From contig CAMBZN010000005.1 of NCBI GenBank assembly GCA_945872565.1, forward strand, positions 6,200 to 70,199: a stretch of DNA of 64,000 nucleotides. Reading direction: 5' to 3'. The notes below the pieces were generated by a model, which made no database searches, was not told the DNA's origin, and saw only the letters and a program-made list of their open reading frames with translations. Positions 1 to 9,041 of this stretch are shown here, in pieces. The stretch comes from Chlamydia trachomatis (lineage in GTDB: Bacteria > Chlamydiota > Chlamydiia > Chlamydiales > 2-12-FULL-49-11). The translations under genes and the position numbers were made by a program. Positions within the stretch are counted from its first letter, which is position 1. Each line of letters begins with the position of its first letter.

Positions 1-319
1 TACAGAGTAGATTTGGATTAGTTCTCTCCTTCTCTTCTTTTAGCTTCTTATCAAAATTTGCGAGCAAGACTCCAAATACAACTGCACTAATCAAGCCCCC
101 TCCTGCGATCACTCCTAACATTAATGGAGCCCATAAAGGGGCTGCAATCAAAGCTAAAGTTATGCCTAAAAATAGTATAGTTGCGAAAATTGAAATAACT
201 AGACAGCTTATTAAAGCATACCGCTCTTCAGACTTTTTCGATTCCATGAGAAACAAGTTTAAACCTGGCCCTGGACAAGGGCGCTCTTGTTGAGTAGGCG
301 CAACTATCGGACCAGCCAT
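1..319 (-). CDS. Inc-like membrane protein (paralogue 3), C-terminus cut by window edge
   Basis: Absent from the ORF track because it has no stop inside the window. Minus-strand ATG at 319-317, with AGGAG (complement of 326-330) 6 nt upstream. Hand translation: MAGPIVAPTQQERPCPGPGLNLFLMESKKSEERYALISCLVISIFATILFLGITLALIAAPLWAPLMLGVIAGGGLISAVVFGVLLANFDKKLKEEKE... It has a ~50-aa two-lobed hydrophobic stretch with the same PL(T/M)LG(V/I)IAG core as the next two ORFs. Confidence 0.6.
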   Translation of the reverse strand, partial: MAGPIVAPTQQERPCPGPGLNLFLMESKKSEERYALISCLVISIFATILFLGITLALIAAPLWAPLMLGVIAGGGLISAVVFGVLLANFDKKLKEEKERTNPNLLC

Positions 320-334
320 ATAAGACTCCTTATG

Positions 335-1060
335 CTAAAATTGATTTGGATTGAACCTTTTATTAAGAATATCTCTGAAATTAGGACACCAACGATAATA
401 TGGAAGTAAAAAAACAAGGGCTTTAAAGTATTCTTTCTCTGTGCTCTCATCTTGAAAATACACATTCAATTCTTCTTCTAGCCAATCCGTTTTAGACCCA
501 CCTAAAGACTTGATGCAGAATAAATCACGTAAAATTAAATCATCTAACTTCTCCATAACGACAGAACAGCTCTCGAAAGCACGCCATATTGGATCTCCAC
601 TTTTAACACAAAGATAAACTAAGGCTATTTTTTTAGCATAATCTTGGCTGGCTCCAAATGTAGTCGTCAATCTTTGTGCTACCTCTTGCGAAGGTTCACT
701 TACAAGCTGTTGGTATGTTAATGTAGATTGTGATTGATACTTTACTCTCCACTCCTGGAGGCTTCTATCTTCGACTCTTATTTTCTCTTCCTCTACTACT
801 TGTTTCACAAAGAAACTTACAGCACCTACAAAATGCACTCCCGCTATTATTCCAAGCGTTAATGGAAGAACTAAAGCCCCTCCCATCGTACCTAATGCTG
901 CAGCGAAAAAAAATATAAACCCCACAACACAAGCCACACACATGATGGTAAAAATCAAACGATTTCCCGCTCCAGCAGGCGCATTACTTTGATTATTCGA
1001 CAGAGCGTTATACTCGGCTAGTGTTTGTTTACCCTCTTCTAATCTTTGAAATACATCCAT
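335..1060 (-). CDS. Inc-like membrane protein (paralogue 2) with one copy of the IWRAF module
   Basis: 241-aa ORF. Bilobed hydrophobic domain LIFTIMCVACVVGFIFFFAAALGTMGGALVLPLTLGIIAGVHFVGAVSFFV. The C-terminal ~115 aa (…SGDPIWRAFESCSVVMEKLDD…YFQDES…) is a diverged copy of the module duplicated in the 370-aa neighbour. No enzyme motif seen. Confidence 0.65.
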   Translation of the reverse strand: MDVFQRLEEGKQTLAEYNALSNNQSNAPAGAGNRLIFTIMCVACVVGFIFFFAAALGTMGGALVLPLTLGIIAGVHFVGAVSFFVKQVVEEEKIRVEDRSLQEWRVKYQSQSTLTYQQLVSEPSQEVAQRLTTTFGASQDYAKKIALVYLCVKSGDPIWRAFESCSVVMEKLDDLILRDLFCIKSLGGSKTDWLEEELNVYFQDESTEKEYFKALVFLLPYYRWCPNFRDILNKRFNPNQF

Positions 1061-1076
1061 ATTAAATCACCTATTT

Positions 1077-2189
1077 TTATTCGTTTTCTTGAGTTTCTGA
1101 ATAAACCTTATACTCCTGATCAAACAACCTCTTGAAATCCGGATGTCCACTATAATATTTAGCTAATTTCATATAGGCAGAGATGGAAGGTCTAGTTTGA
1201 GATTCATCGTCAAAATATTCCTTAAAATATCCCTTTAATTCTTTTTCTAGCATCGATTTTTCTGTCTCACGTTCAGATTTGATTAACCATAACTCCGGTT
1301 TTATTATTTCTCGGAGACTCCCCATAATGACATCATTTTTGCCAAAAGCACGCCATATGAAATTTCCATCTTTCACTTCTTGATAAACTTTAGCTATTTT
1401 GCTAGCAGACTCTTCGTGCATTCCTAATCTAATAAACCTTTCTTTCACTTGCTCAGTGCTTTCTTTCTTAAGAAATTCAAGATCAAACAACTTCTTGAAA
1501 TCCGGATGTCCACTATAATATTCAGCTAATGTTGTATAGGCAGACGCGCGATTTCTAACTTCAGATTCATCGTTAAAATATTCCTTTAATTCATTTTGTA
1601 GCATCAATCCTTCTTTATCATCTTGAAATTTGATTAACCATAACTCCCGTTTTATTACTTCTCGGAAGTCCCCCATATGGACAGCCCTATTGCTAAAAGC
1701 ACGCCATATCAACGCTCCACCTTTAACTTCTTGATAAACTTGACCTATTTCGTAAGCAGACGATTCGTCCATTCCTAAATCAGTAAACCTTTGTTGGACT
1801 TTATCAGCTTTTTCATTCATAAGAAACTCAAGCGCATATATAGGAGCAGCTTTGATTTTTGCTATTTGCTGCTCTCTTTTTTCATTGAGTTTTCTCTCAT
1901 TCTTAAATTCAATTCCTAACCTCACAGCTACTATTACAGTAGGTACAAAAAACACTCCCGCGATTACTCCAAGCGTTAAGGGGATCACTAAAGCCGCTGC
2001 CATCGTAGCTAATGCAGCAGTTAGAAAAATTAGAGTGACCACAGCTGTCACTGCACAAATCACTGACAAACCAACTAGCACTGCCCCTTTACCGGCCGCA
2101 TCATCTACATATTGCACCGCCAAAGGTCGATTACCCGTTGTTGGGGCTGCTACTTGCAATTCTGCTTGAATTCCTAGTTCTACTGACAT
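1077..2189 (-). CDS. Inc-like membrane protein (paralogue 1) with two tandem IWRAF...SGHPDF modules
   Basis: 370-aa ORF. Bilobed hydrophobic domain AVLVGLSVICAVTAVVTLIFLTAALATMAAALVIPLTLGVIAGVFFVPTVIVAV. It is followed by two ~121-aa repeats (…YQEVKGGALIWRAFSNRAVHMG…YYSGHPDFKKLFD and …YQEVKDGNFIWRAFGKNDVIMG…YYSGHPDFKRLFD). Confidence 0.7.
   Translation of the reverse strand: MSVELGIQAELQVAAPTTGNRPLAVQYVDDAAGKGAVLVGLSVICAVTAVVTLIFLTAALATMAAALVIPLTLGVIAGVFFVPTVIVAVRLGIEFKNERKLNEKREQQIAKIKAAPIYALEFLMNEKADKVQQRFTDLGMDESSAYEIGQVYQEVKGGALIWRAFSNRAVHMGDFREVIKRELWLIKFQDDKEGLMLQNELKEYFNDESEVRNRASAYTTLAEYYSGHPDFKKLFDLEFLKKESTEQVKERFIRLGMHEESASKIAKVYQEVKDGNFIWRAFGKNDVIMGSLREIIKPELWLIKSERETEKSMLEKELKGYFKEYFDDESQTRPSISAYMKLAKYYSGHPDFKRLFDQEYKVYSETQENE
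1121..1846 (-). repeat. 363-bp (121-codon) tandem duplication inside the 370-aa Inc-like gene
   Basis: caaacaacCtcttgaaatccggatgtccactataatatt at 1121 recurs as caaacaacTtcttgaaatccggatgtccactataatatt at 1484. Similarity continues through both units at DNA and protein level. Confidence 0.85.
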
Positions 2190-2347
2190 ATTTTTCTCCT
2201 TTTAATTTTAATTTTACATAATTGTAACATCAAGAACAGTTAAATAGCAAATAAATTAATTCAGACTAATAAACTAAAGACCCCTCCCTAAAAGATCCGA
2301 TCTTGAAATTAATACCTCTCCAGAGTATGATCAAGTAAAAAACATTT

Positions 2348-2953
2348 TTGCAAACTATGGTACGACAAGCCCCACTAATCATTACCCTCAGCAGAGTTGC
2401 CCTTTGCCCTGTATTTCTTGTTATCTACCTATTCTATGAGCCAATGGGCATCCCTCTTATTGCCCTCCCCTACATTTTGCTAAGCTTAGTCACAGTACTT
2501 GAACTTACCGACATATTCGACGGCCTTGTTGCCCGAAAAACCAACCAGGTGACAAATCTTGGAAAAATTCTCGATCCAATGGCTGATAGTATCGTACGAT
2601 TATCTGTACTTTTAACCTTTACTCAAGGGTTAATTCAACTCCCCATGCTCCTAACTCTCCTTTTTGTCTTGAGAGAAATCATCATCTCCACTCTCCGTAC
2701 ACTCTGCGCTCTCAACGGACACGCCTTAGCTGCAAGACTTTCTGGTAAACTTAAGGCCATCCTTCAAGCCATTGCCACAATAATCATTATTTTGATGATG
2801 ATCCCCTATTCCCTCGGTTACATAAGCCTTGCCGTCCTGCAAACTGCCTCTTTATGGATTGTTACAATCACAGCCACCTACACCATCTTATCAGGACTTG
2901 AATACCTTTATATCCATAGAAATGATATCAAAGCCTCCATTCAACCAACTTAA
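2348..2953 (+). CDS. pgsA: CDP-diacylglycerol--glycerol-3-phosphate 3-phosphatidyltransferase (CDP-alcohol phosphatidyltransferase family)
   Basis: The DG(x)2AR(x)8G(x)3D(x)3D signature is visible as DIFDGLVARKTNQVTNLGKILDPMADSI. Polytopic membrane protein of typical size. The track start is TTG 2348; ATG 2357 is equally possible. Confidence 0.8.
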   Translation: MQTMVRQAPLIITLSRVALCPVFLVIYLFYEPMGIPLIALPYILLSLVTVLELTDIFDGLVARKTNQVTNLGKILDPMADSIVRLSVLLTFTQGLIQLPMLLTLLFVLREIIISTLRTLCALNGHALAARLSGKLKAILQAIATIIIILMMIPYSLGYISLAVLQTASLWIVTITATYTILSGLEYLYIHRNDIKASIQPT

Positions 2954-3069
2954 ACGATCATAAATTCTCAAATCATTGATAAACAACCGATTATCAATTG
3001 AAAAATAATCATTTAATATATAAATAAATTATGTTATAATTATGTAATATTAAATAGATCTTATAATTT

Positions 3070-3951
3070 ATGAAACTATATGATTATGTGTTATCTTATT
3101 CAGGTTGCCAAAAAGTATCAGAAAATTTTTTAAATGTAGGTTTTGGACGAACTTACATCCATTTTCATCACGATCTCATGGTTAATAGCTCAGTCGATAA
3201 AAATAAAGAAAATATTATTAAGGTATTACATGTCATTGGCTTGATCTTTGCCTCTATTGTTACCCTTATTTTTCTCATCATTCGTGAGGTAGGCAGGGCA
3301 AAGCTTTCGAAACTTGCTCCATTGGAAATGGAACCCCTCATTAATATTGCACATAACTTAACGGATCGATCAGAATCTGCATACACTCATTTTAAAGACC
3401 CAGGATTTCGAAAAAATTTAACTTGTTTGGTAATTCACCATCAGACCCTTAAGGACAATGAACTTTGCGCATCAATCATATTAGATGTTTTCGAAGACAT
3501 AAGAACCATGATTACAGCTAAAGAGGGTGTAGCTCCACCCCTCTCCGATATTATGAATTTAAATGAATTAGTAACGATCATGCGCCAAACTCTTAATAAT
3601 GAGCTCTTATGCAGTGATTCTTGCAAAAAACTTTCCCCTCAAACCTTTGAGTCTCTCAGTATAGTAGAAGAATACACAAGAGACCCATTTGATATTGCGA
3701 ACTTCATCGATGCAACTATTCATGAACAAATCGATCTTTTAAAAAAGATGGTCAATTGCACATCCTTTGATACTTTTTCTTCGGCAAGAATATACATAGA
3801 AAGCTATTTAAACTTTACCGATGATCCTATTGATGAAAAAACGATCTACGATATAAATGAATTAATAGCCCTATTAAAGAAAAACAATAGAAGTAAAGGC
3901 TTTAATATTTCAAGTATAGAACAGATGCAATCTATAAAACTTCAAAACTAA
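3070..3951 (+). CDS. hypothetical membrane-anchored protein
   Basis: 293-aa ORF preceded by a very AT-rich 116-bp spacer. Single hydrophobic segment IIKVLHVIGLIFASIVTLIFLII. No motif I recognise. Confidence 0.55.
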   Translation: MKLYDYVLSYSGCQKVSENFLNVGFGRTYIHFHHDLMVNSSVDKNKENIIKVLHVIGLIFASIVTLIFLIIREVGRAKLSKLAPLEMEPLINIAHNLTDRSESAYTHFKDPGFRKNLTCLVIHHQTLKDNELCASIILDVFEDIRTMITAKEGVAPPLSDIMNLNELVTIMRQTLNNELLCSDSCKKLSPQTFESLSIVEEYTRDPFDIANFIDATIHEQIDLLKKMVNCTSFDTFSSARIYIESYLNFTDDPIDEKTIYDINELIALLKKNNRSKGFNISSIEQMQSIKLQN

Positions 3952-4301
3952 TTTTTGACTCTTTTTCCAAAAAGCATTAGCGTTTTAGACCAAAGCGCAA
4001 TAAATGGTGTTAGAATAAAACCCGGCACAAAGGAAAAAATACCAATCATTTTCCAGGCGCCCCCCATTATCCAAAATGGCCTAAGCATTGCATTTCCTTT
4101 AATCCACACCCTTTGCCCTTCTAAAATGATCATCTTGGTTTTCTTTTTTCTCAAAAAAGCATAGTTTCCTTGAAAAATTAATTTTGCTTTTTTCCCATCA
4201 AGGGATGAAATCATAAACATTTTTTTTGCATTAAGCGCTTCAATTTTTCGCACCACCTGTTTACAAGCTGGGCAACTGGTATCATAAAATAATCGTTTCA
4301 T
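3948..4301 (-). CDS. DCC-family thiol-disulfide oxidoreductase-like protein (DUF393)
   Basis: N-terminal FYDTSCPACKQVV matches the (F/Y)YDGxCxxC redox motif of DUF393. Size (117 aa) and the hydrophobic C-terminal half fit the family. 4-nt overlap with the dnaG stop suggests one operon. Confidence 0.55.
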   Translation of the reverse strand: MKRLFYDTSCPACKQVVRKIEALNAKKMFMISSLDGKKAKLIFQGNYAFLRKKKTKMIILEGQRVWIKGNAMLRPFWIMGGAWKMIGIFSFVPGFILTPFIALWSKTLMLFGKRVKN

Positions 4302-6052
4302 CGTTTCTCCGTTGGTTTGAGTATATTCTTTTTATTCTTTTTAATATCATCAAATTCTTTAGCCAAAGCAAATGTCTCCTCTTCTGAGAGATTTCCTGCC
4401 TGAATTCTTCGTTTAATTGCATTTGTTTGCTCAATCGATTCTCTATCAATTAGTCTCTGGCAAAGAACTCTTACCCCATCTTCTGCCTGCAAAATGTTCA
4501 TCCTTTTTGATTGGATTTCTTTTAAAAAAGAAAGGTCCCTCTCCTCTAAATAGACCCCTAAATTGAGTAAATCAATCCGTTTTTTCTCCTCATGGAGCAT
4601 TTTTGCAAGTTCATACAGGCGAGCTATTTTTAGGTCATGAATAAATGATACCTGTACATGTTCCATGATCAAATCAATCAAAACAGGCTCTTTAAGCAGC
4701 AGTAGCCACCGAATCATATCCCCTTCTAAAGGATCAGTAGGCCTCTTTACAGGAGCTGGTACAATCTCCTCGACGGGTTTTACAGATGTAACAATATATT
4801 TAACCGGCACGCTTAACAAACGAGCAAGTAATTTTTCTCCCTCATGGATCATCAAAGGATGTTTCCATTCAAGAATTTTCTTCTTTACATTTGCTACCAG
4901 TGCATTTTTTCCAGCAGGTGTCTCTGCTTTGCCATCTTGTGCAAGCATTCTTACTAAAAAAGTAAGGTAATCAGTTCGCTGAGCAAGCAACTTATCAAAT
5001 GCATCCCTCCCATGCTTTAAAAGAAAGGTATCTGGGTCAATTCCTTGAGCAAAGCTGCAAACAAAGACCTCCACTCCCTCAACTTGAAACAACTGCCCTA
5101 CCTTCATTGCCGAGGTGTTGCCCGCCTGGTCACTATCAAAGCAAATTGTCACATCCTCTACTCCAAGCTTGACAAGCTCATCAAGATGCTCTTTGCCAAA
5201 TGCTGTTCCTTGTGAGGCAACAGCATAATCAAATCCTTCAAAAATCAATCGCAAGGCATCAATTTGCCCCTCTACAATAATCACTTTTCCAGTTCGTGCA
5301 ATCCTTCTGCGAGAATAATTTAACCCATACAAAGTACGTGATTTTTTAAAAATCACAGTCTCTCTTGTATTCACATACTTGCCGCCAAAAACCGCCTCAT
5401 CAATCTTTCTCCCTGAAAATCCAATAACATTGCCCACCCCATCATGGATAGGAAACATAATTCTCTCAGAAAAAAATGGCCGTTTTGTGCTTTCGGAGTA
5501 AATTCCTCCCTTGACTAAATTCTCTTCAGAAAATTTTTCACTTTGATAGAACATCTTTTGAAACTGTTCCCCTTTTGGGGCATAACCAATTTTAAACTGC
5601 TTGATAAAATCTTCCGAAATTCCCCGTTTGAATAAATACTCTAAAGCACCCTTTCCTTCTTCACTGTGAAGTAAATGAAAATGAAAAAAATCCATAGTGA
5701 CTCTATTGATTTCAAATAACTCTCTTTTATTTTCTTGAGCAACCTCTTTTACCCCCGTATACTCAAGGGTTACAGCGTACTTATTTGCTAAGTATTCAAT
5801 GGCCTCATTAAAGGATAAACCCAAAAAGTTCATCAAAAAGGAAATTGCATCCCCATGGGCGCCACATCCAAAGCAATGATAGTGACTATCCCCTGCCGTT
5901 ACCGTAAATGAGGGCGATTTCTCATTGTGAAAAGGGCACAACGCTTTAATCTTCCCCCCAGCTCTTTTAAGCTCCAGATGGGACCCTACAATTTCTGCAA
6001 GGTCAATTCTCTCTCTTAATCTTTCTAAGCAATCTTTTGTCAATAAAGGCAT
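4298..6052 (-). CDS. dnaG: DNA primase
   Basis: CHC2 zinc finger CPFHNEKSPSFTV…YHCFGCGAHGD. TOPRIM region VIIVEGQIDAL…DSDQAGN. Confidence 0.95.
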   Translation of the reverse strand: MPLLTKDCLERLRERIDLAEIVGSHLELKRAGGKIKALCPFHNEKSPSFTVTAGDSHYHCFGCGAHGDAISFLMNFLGLSFNEAIEYLANKYAVTLEYTGVKEVAQENKRELFEINRVTMDFFHFHLLHSEEGKGALEYLFKRGISEDFIKQFKIGYAPKGEQFQKMFYQSEKFSEENLVKGGIYSESTKRPFFSERIMFPIHDGVGNVIGFSGRKIDEAVFGGKYVNTRETVIFKKSRTLYGLNYSRRRIARTGKVIIVEGQIDALRLIFEGFDYAVASQGTAFGKEHLDELVKLGVEDVTICFDSDQAGNTSAMKVGQLFQVEGVEVFVCSFAQGIDPDTFLLKHGRDAFDKLLAQRTDYLTFLVRMLAQDGKAETPAGKNALVANVKKKILEWKHPLMIHEGEKLLARLLSVPVKYIVTSVKPVEEIVPAPVKRPTDPLEGDMIRWLLLLKEPVLIDLIMEHVQVSFIHDLKIARLYELAKMLHEEKKRIDLLNLGVYLEERDLSFLKEIQSKRMNILQAEDGVRVLCQRLIDRESIEQTNAIKRRIQAGNLSEEETFALAKEFDDIKKNKKNILKPTEKR

Positions 6053-6135
6053 GAGCTCATATTACCAAAAAAATCAGAGGAAGTCTATCCGATTTTTCTT
6101 TAAGAAAAACTAATATTCTTATACAATAAGATGTT

Positions 6136-6519
6136 ATGGGCACTATGGATTCAAATGGTTTTAAAAAATACGTATATGCAATTCCAAAAAAGGACCCCTG
6201 CCCTTTAGATAAAAGAGTTTCATTTCCCGAAGAGCACCCTTTAAGCCCTGAAAAGATCCTCTCTGAAATTTTAGCAGATTTACAAACATTACACGCCACT
6301 AATAACGACTACGAAATTCGAAAGTGGATGACAAAAATGCTTCCCCTAATTGATTTACTTCAAGATCTTAAGCAAGCATCCACTTCAGAAACCCCTGATA
6401 AACGAAAAGTGTGGCTAGAAAAAACCATAAAAAATATTCAGCAGCGCTCCAGCAACAGCGCAAGCCAACCAGCAAACCCTGCACTAAAAACCCTTATCAA
6501 TAAGGTCAAAGGCTCATGA
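6136..6519 (+). CDS. hypothetical protein
   Basis: 127-aa ORF with no recognisable motif. Its stop overlaps the mutS ATG (ATGA), suggesting co-translation with mutS. Confidence 0.45.
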   Translation: MGTMDSNGFKKYVYAIPKKDPCPLDKRVSFPEEHPLSPEKILSEILADLQTLHATNNDYEIRKWMTKMLPLIDLLQDLKQASTSETPDKRKVWLEKTIKNIQQRSSNSASQPANPALKTLINKVKGS

Positions 6520-9041
6520 CAAATTCTTCCATAGAACTCACTCCCATGATGAAACAATGGAGCGAATGTAAAAAACAGGCAGGCAGCGCTTTACTACTTT
6601 TTCGACTAGGAGATTTTTACGAAGCATTTTATGAAGATGCAAGCCTACTATCGGAAACACTCATGATCGCCTATACAAAGCGCGGAAACACTCCCATGGC
6701 TGGTATTCCTGCACAATCCTTAGAAAACTCTATAGAAAAATGTATTGAAAGTGGAATTTGTGTGGCAATTGCCGAACAAATGGACGTTGAAGAAGGGTAC
6801 AAAGGAATTGTTTCTAGAAAAGTAACAAGAGTAGAGACACTTGCAACTTTTACCAGCAGAAGGGACCAAAATTCTGGATCCAACAACTTTCTTCTATCCA
6901 TTTCCGTTTTAAATCAATCCTATTCCATTGCCTATACAGACACCTCTACGGCAGAATTTTTTTTCTCAAGCTTCTCTGAAAGCGGGAAAATGACCGAGGA
7001 AATCTTAAGAATTGCTCCCAAGGAGATTTTAATCAACTCAAAGCTTTCTGAAAGTGCCCCTTACTTTTTAAAACGGATTCAAGAGCAGATCGGCGCAAAA
7101 TACATCACAATTGACCCCCTCTACTTTGATCACCAAATGTGTGTAGAAAAACTACACAAACATCTAAAAGTTGCATCATTAGACGGCTTTGGCCTAAAAG
7201 GGGAAACCTCCTCCATCAATGCATGCGGTTCATTGCTCACCTATTTAGAAAATAATATTTTTTTTGATACAAGCGTAATTGTCCAGATAAAAAAGCAAGA
7301 CACTAGCACAAGCCTCCTTCTAGACCATAACACATTATCACATCTTGAAATCTTTAACAGCCCCTCAGGAACCTCCCTATTTAAAACAATCAATTTTACT
7401 GTAACAGCAATGGGAGAGCGCCTTTTAAAAACAAGCTTATTATACCCTCTTACAAACAAAGAGGGAATCCTTATAAGGCAAAACTACCTAAAAGAGCTAC
7501 TAGAGAATGAAATTGATCTTTCTGAACCTCTCCAGCACATCAAAGACATTGAAAGATTGATGGGAAAAATTGCTCGAAAAAAAGCCTTCCCCATTGATTT
7601 GATCCTGCTAGCTAATTCTCTAGAAAGGCTCTCAAAAATCATCCTTGCCTTAAAAGGATCGCTATCCTCTCTTACCCACTCATACAAAGAACTGGAAATA
7701 ACCGAGCAAATTTTACACACTATCCGGTTAGACGACACTGAATACTTTATCGCAAAAGGAATTAATGAGAAGCTTGATCAACTTAAAGCAATAGAAAATG
7801 ACTCCGTCTCTTTGCTTAAAAATTATGAAGCCCAGTGCAGAGAAACCCTCGGAATTAAGACCCTAAAAGTGGGGCAAAACAGATCTTTTGGCTATTATAT
7901 TGAAGTTTCAAGCAAAGCCTCTCACCTAGTTCCAGACTCCTATCATCGAAAGCAAACTCTTGTTAATGGAGAGCGTTTTGTAACAAAGGAGCTTGCAAAA
8001 CTTGAACATGACATTCAAACAGCAAAATCGCAGGCTTTGTCCATCGAGCAGGAGGAACTAGAGAGGCTCACCGCAATGATTATTTCCTATAGACCTGAAA
8101 TTTTACACGCAGCTTCATTGATTGCTCAAATTGATTTTATCCATTGTTTGAAAACATTAGCCCTTTCAAGGGGATATATTTGTCCTACAATCACAACTCA
8201 ATATGGGATTGATATCCTCGAAGGGGCACATCCAATTTTAAAAAGAGCAATGCGCCGTGAACAGTTTATTCCAAACGACATTCACTTCAATCAAGAAAGA
8301 GCCCTTTTACTTTTAACAGGGCCAAATATGGCTGGTAAATCAACCTATATTAAATCGGTTGCACTGCTTGTCATTCTTGCTCAAATTGGATCGTTTATCC
8401 CTGCAAAATCTGCAACCATCGGAATTGTAGATAAAATCTTTACAAGAATAGGCGCTTTTGATGACTTACAAAGAGGGCAATCCACTTTTATGGTTGAAAT
8501 GACTGAAACGGCAAACATCTTACGCAATGCAACATCCAAATCTTTGATCATCCTTGACGAAATTGGAAGGGGAACAAGTACTTTTGATGGCGTTGCCCTT
8601 GCAAAAAGCATTGCTACCTATATTGTAAAGGAAATCCGAGCAAAAACACTTTTTGCCACTCACTACCTTGAACTTACAGACCTTGCCAAAGAATTTGACC
8701 TTGTAAAAAACATCAGGTCAGCTGTATCAGAAAGCGGTGAAAAGGTCACCTTCTTACATAAAATCGAAGAGGGCAAGGCCGATCAAAGTTATGGAATATT
8801 TGTTGGAGAGCTTGCAGGTCTTCCCCGCAGGGTAATTCTTGATGCAAAAGAGCATCTTTCATCTCTGATAGGAAATGTTGACACCCCTAAAAAGAAAAAA
8901 CCGGCCGCTAAACAATATACGCTATTTAACGAAGAGCCCAAAGATCCTATTATTTCCGAACTTGAAACAACAGATGTTGATCATCTTACACCCTTTGAGG
9001 CGTTACAAAAATTGATCCAATGGAAAAAAACACTCCTATAA
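6516..9041 (+). CDS. mutS: DNA mismatch repair protein MutS
   Basis: N-terminal TPMMKQW…GDFYE mismatch-binding motif. Walker A GPNMAGKSTY. STFMVEM and DEIGRGTSTFDG motifs. Confidence 0.95.
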   Translation: MTNSSIELTPMMKQWSECKKQAGSALLLFRLGDFYEAFYEDASLLSETLMIAYTKRGNTPMAGIPAQSLENSIEKCIESGICVAIAEQMDVEEGYKGIVSRKVTRVETLATFTSRRDQNSGSNNFLLSISVLNQSYSIAYTDTSTAEFFFSSFSESGKMTEEILRIAPKEILINSKLSESAPYFLKRIQEQIGAKYITIDPLYFDHQMCVEKLHKHLKVASLDGFGLKGETSSINACGSLLTYLENNIFFDTSVIVQIKKQDTSTSLLLDHNTLSHLEIFNSPSGTSLFKTINFTVTAMGERLLKTSLLYPLTNKEGILIRQNYLKELLENEIDLSEPLQHIKDIERLMGKIARKKAFPIDLILLANSLERLSKIILALKGSLSSLTHSYKELEITEQILHTIRLDDTEYFIAKGINEKLDQLKAIENDSVSLLKNYEAQCRETLGIKTLKVGQNRSFGYYIEVSSKASHLVPDSYHRKQTLVNGERFVTKELAKLEHDIQTAKSQALSIEQEELERLTAMIISYRPEILHAASLIAQIDFIHCLKTLALSRGYICPTITTQYGIDILEGAHPILKRAMRREQFIPNDIHFNQERALLLLTGPNMAGKSTYIKSVALLVILAQIGSFIPAKSATIGIVDKIFTRIGAFDDLQRGQSTFMVEMTETANILRNATSKSLIILDEIGRGTSTFDGVALAKSIATYIVKEIRAKTLFATHYLELTDLAKEFDLVKNIRSAVSESGEKVTFLHKIEEGKADQSYGIFVGELAGLPRRVILDAKEHLSSLIGNVDTPKKKKPAAKQYTLFNEEPKDPIISELETTDVDHLTPFEALQKLIQWKKTLL

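Noticed and set aside
1852-2169. 105-aa plus-strand ORF antisense to the 370-aa Inc-like gene. The same applies to 730-918, 3168-3386, 3441-3626, 3955-4164 and 4665-4970.
   Set aside because: These are shadow ORFs fully inside stronger opposite-strand genes. They show low-complexity, hydrophobic translation typical of antisense frames, with no RBS and no motifs.
6057-6299. 80-aa minus-strand ORF in the dnaG/mutS divergent region.
   Set aside because: It overlaps the plus-strand 127-aa ORF that is translationally coupled to mutS. It begins 5 nt from the dnaG start, has no RBS, and its composition is odd.
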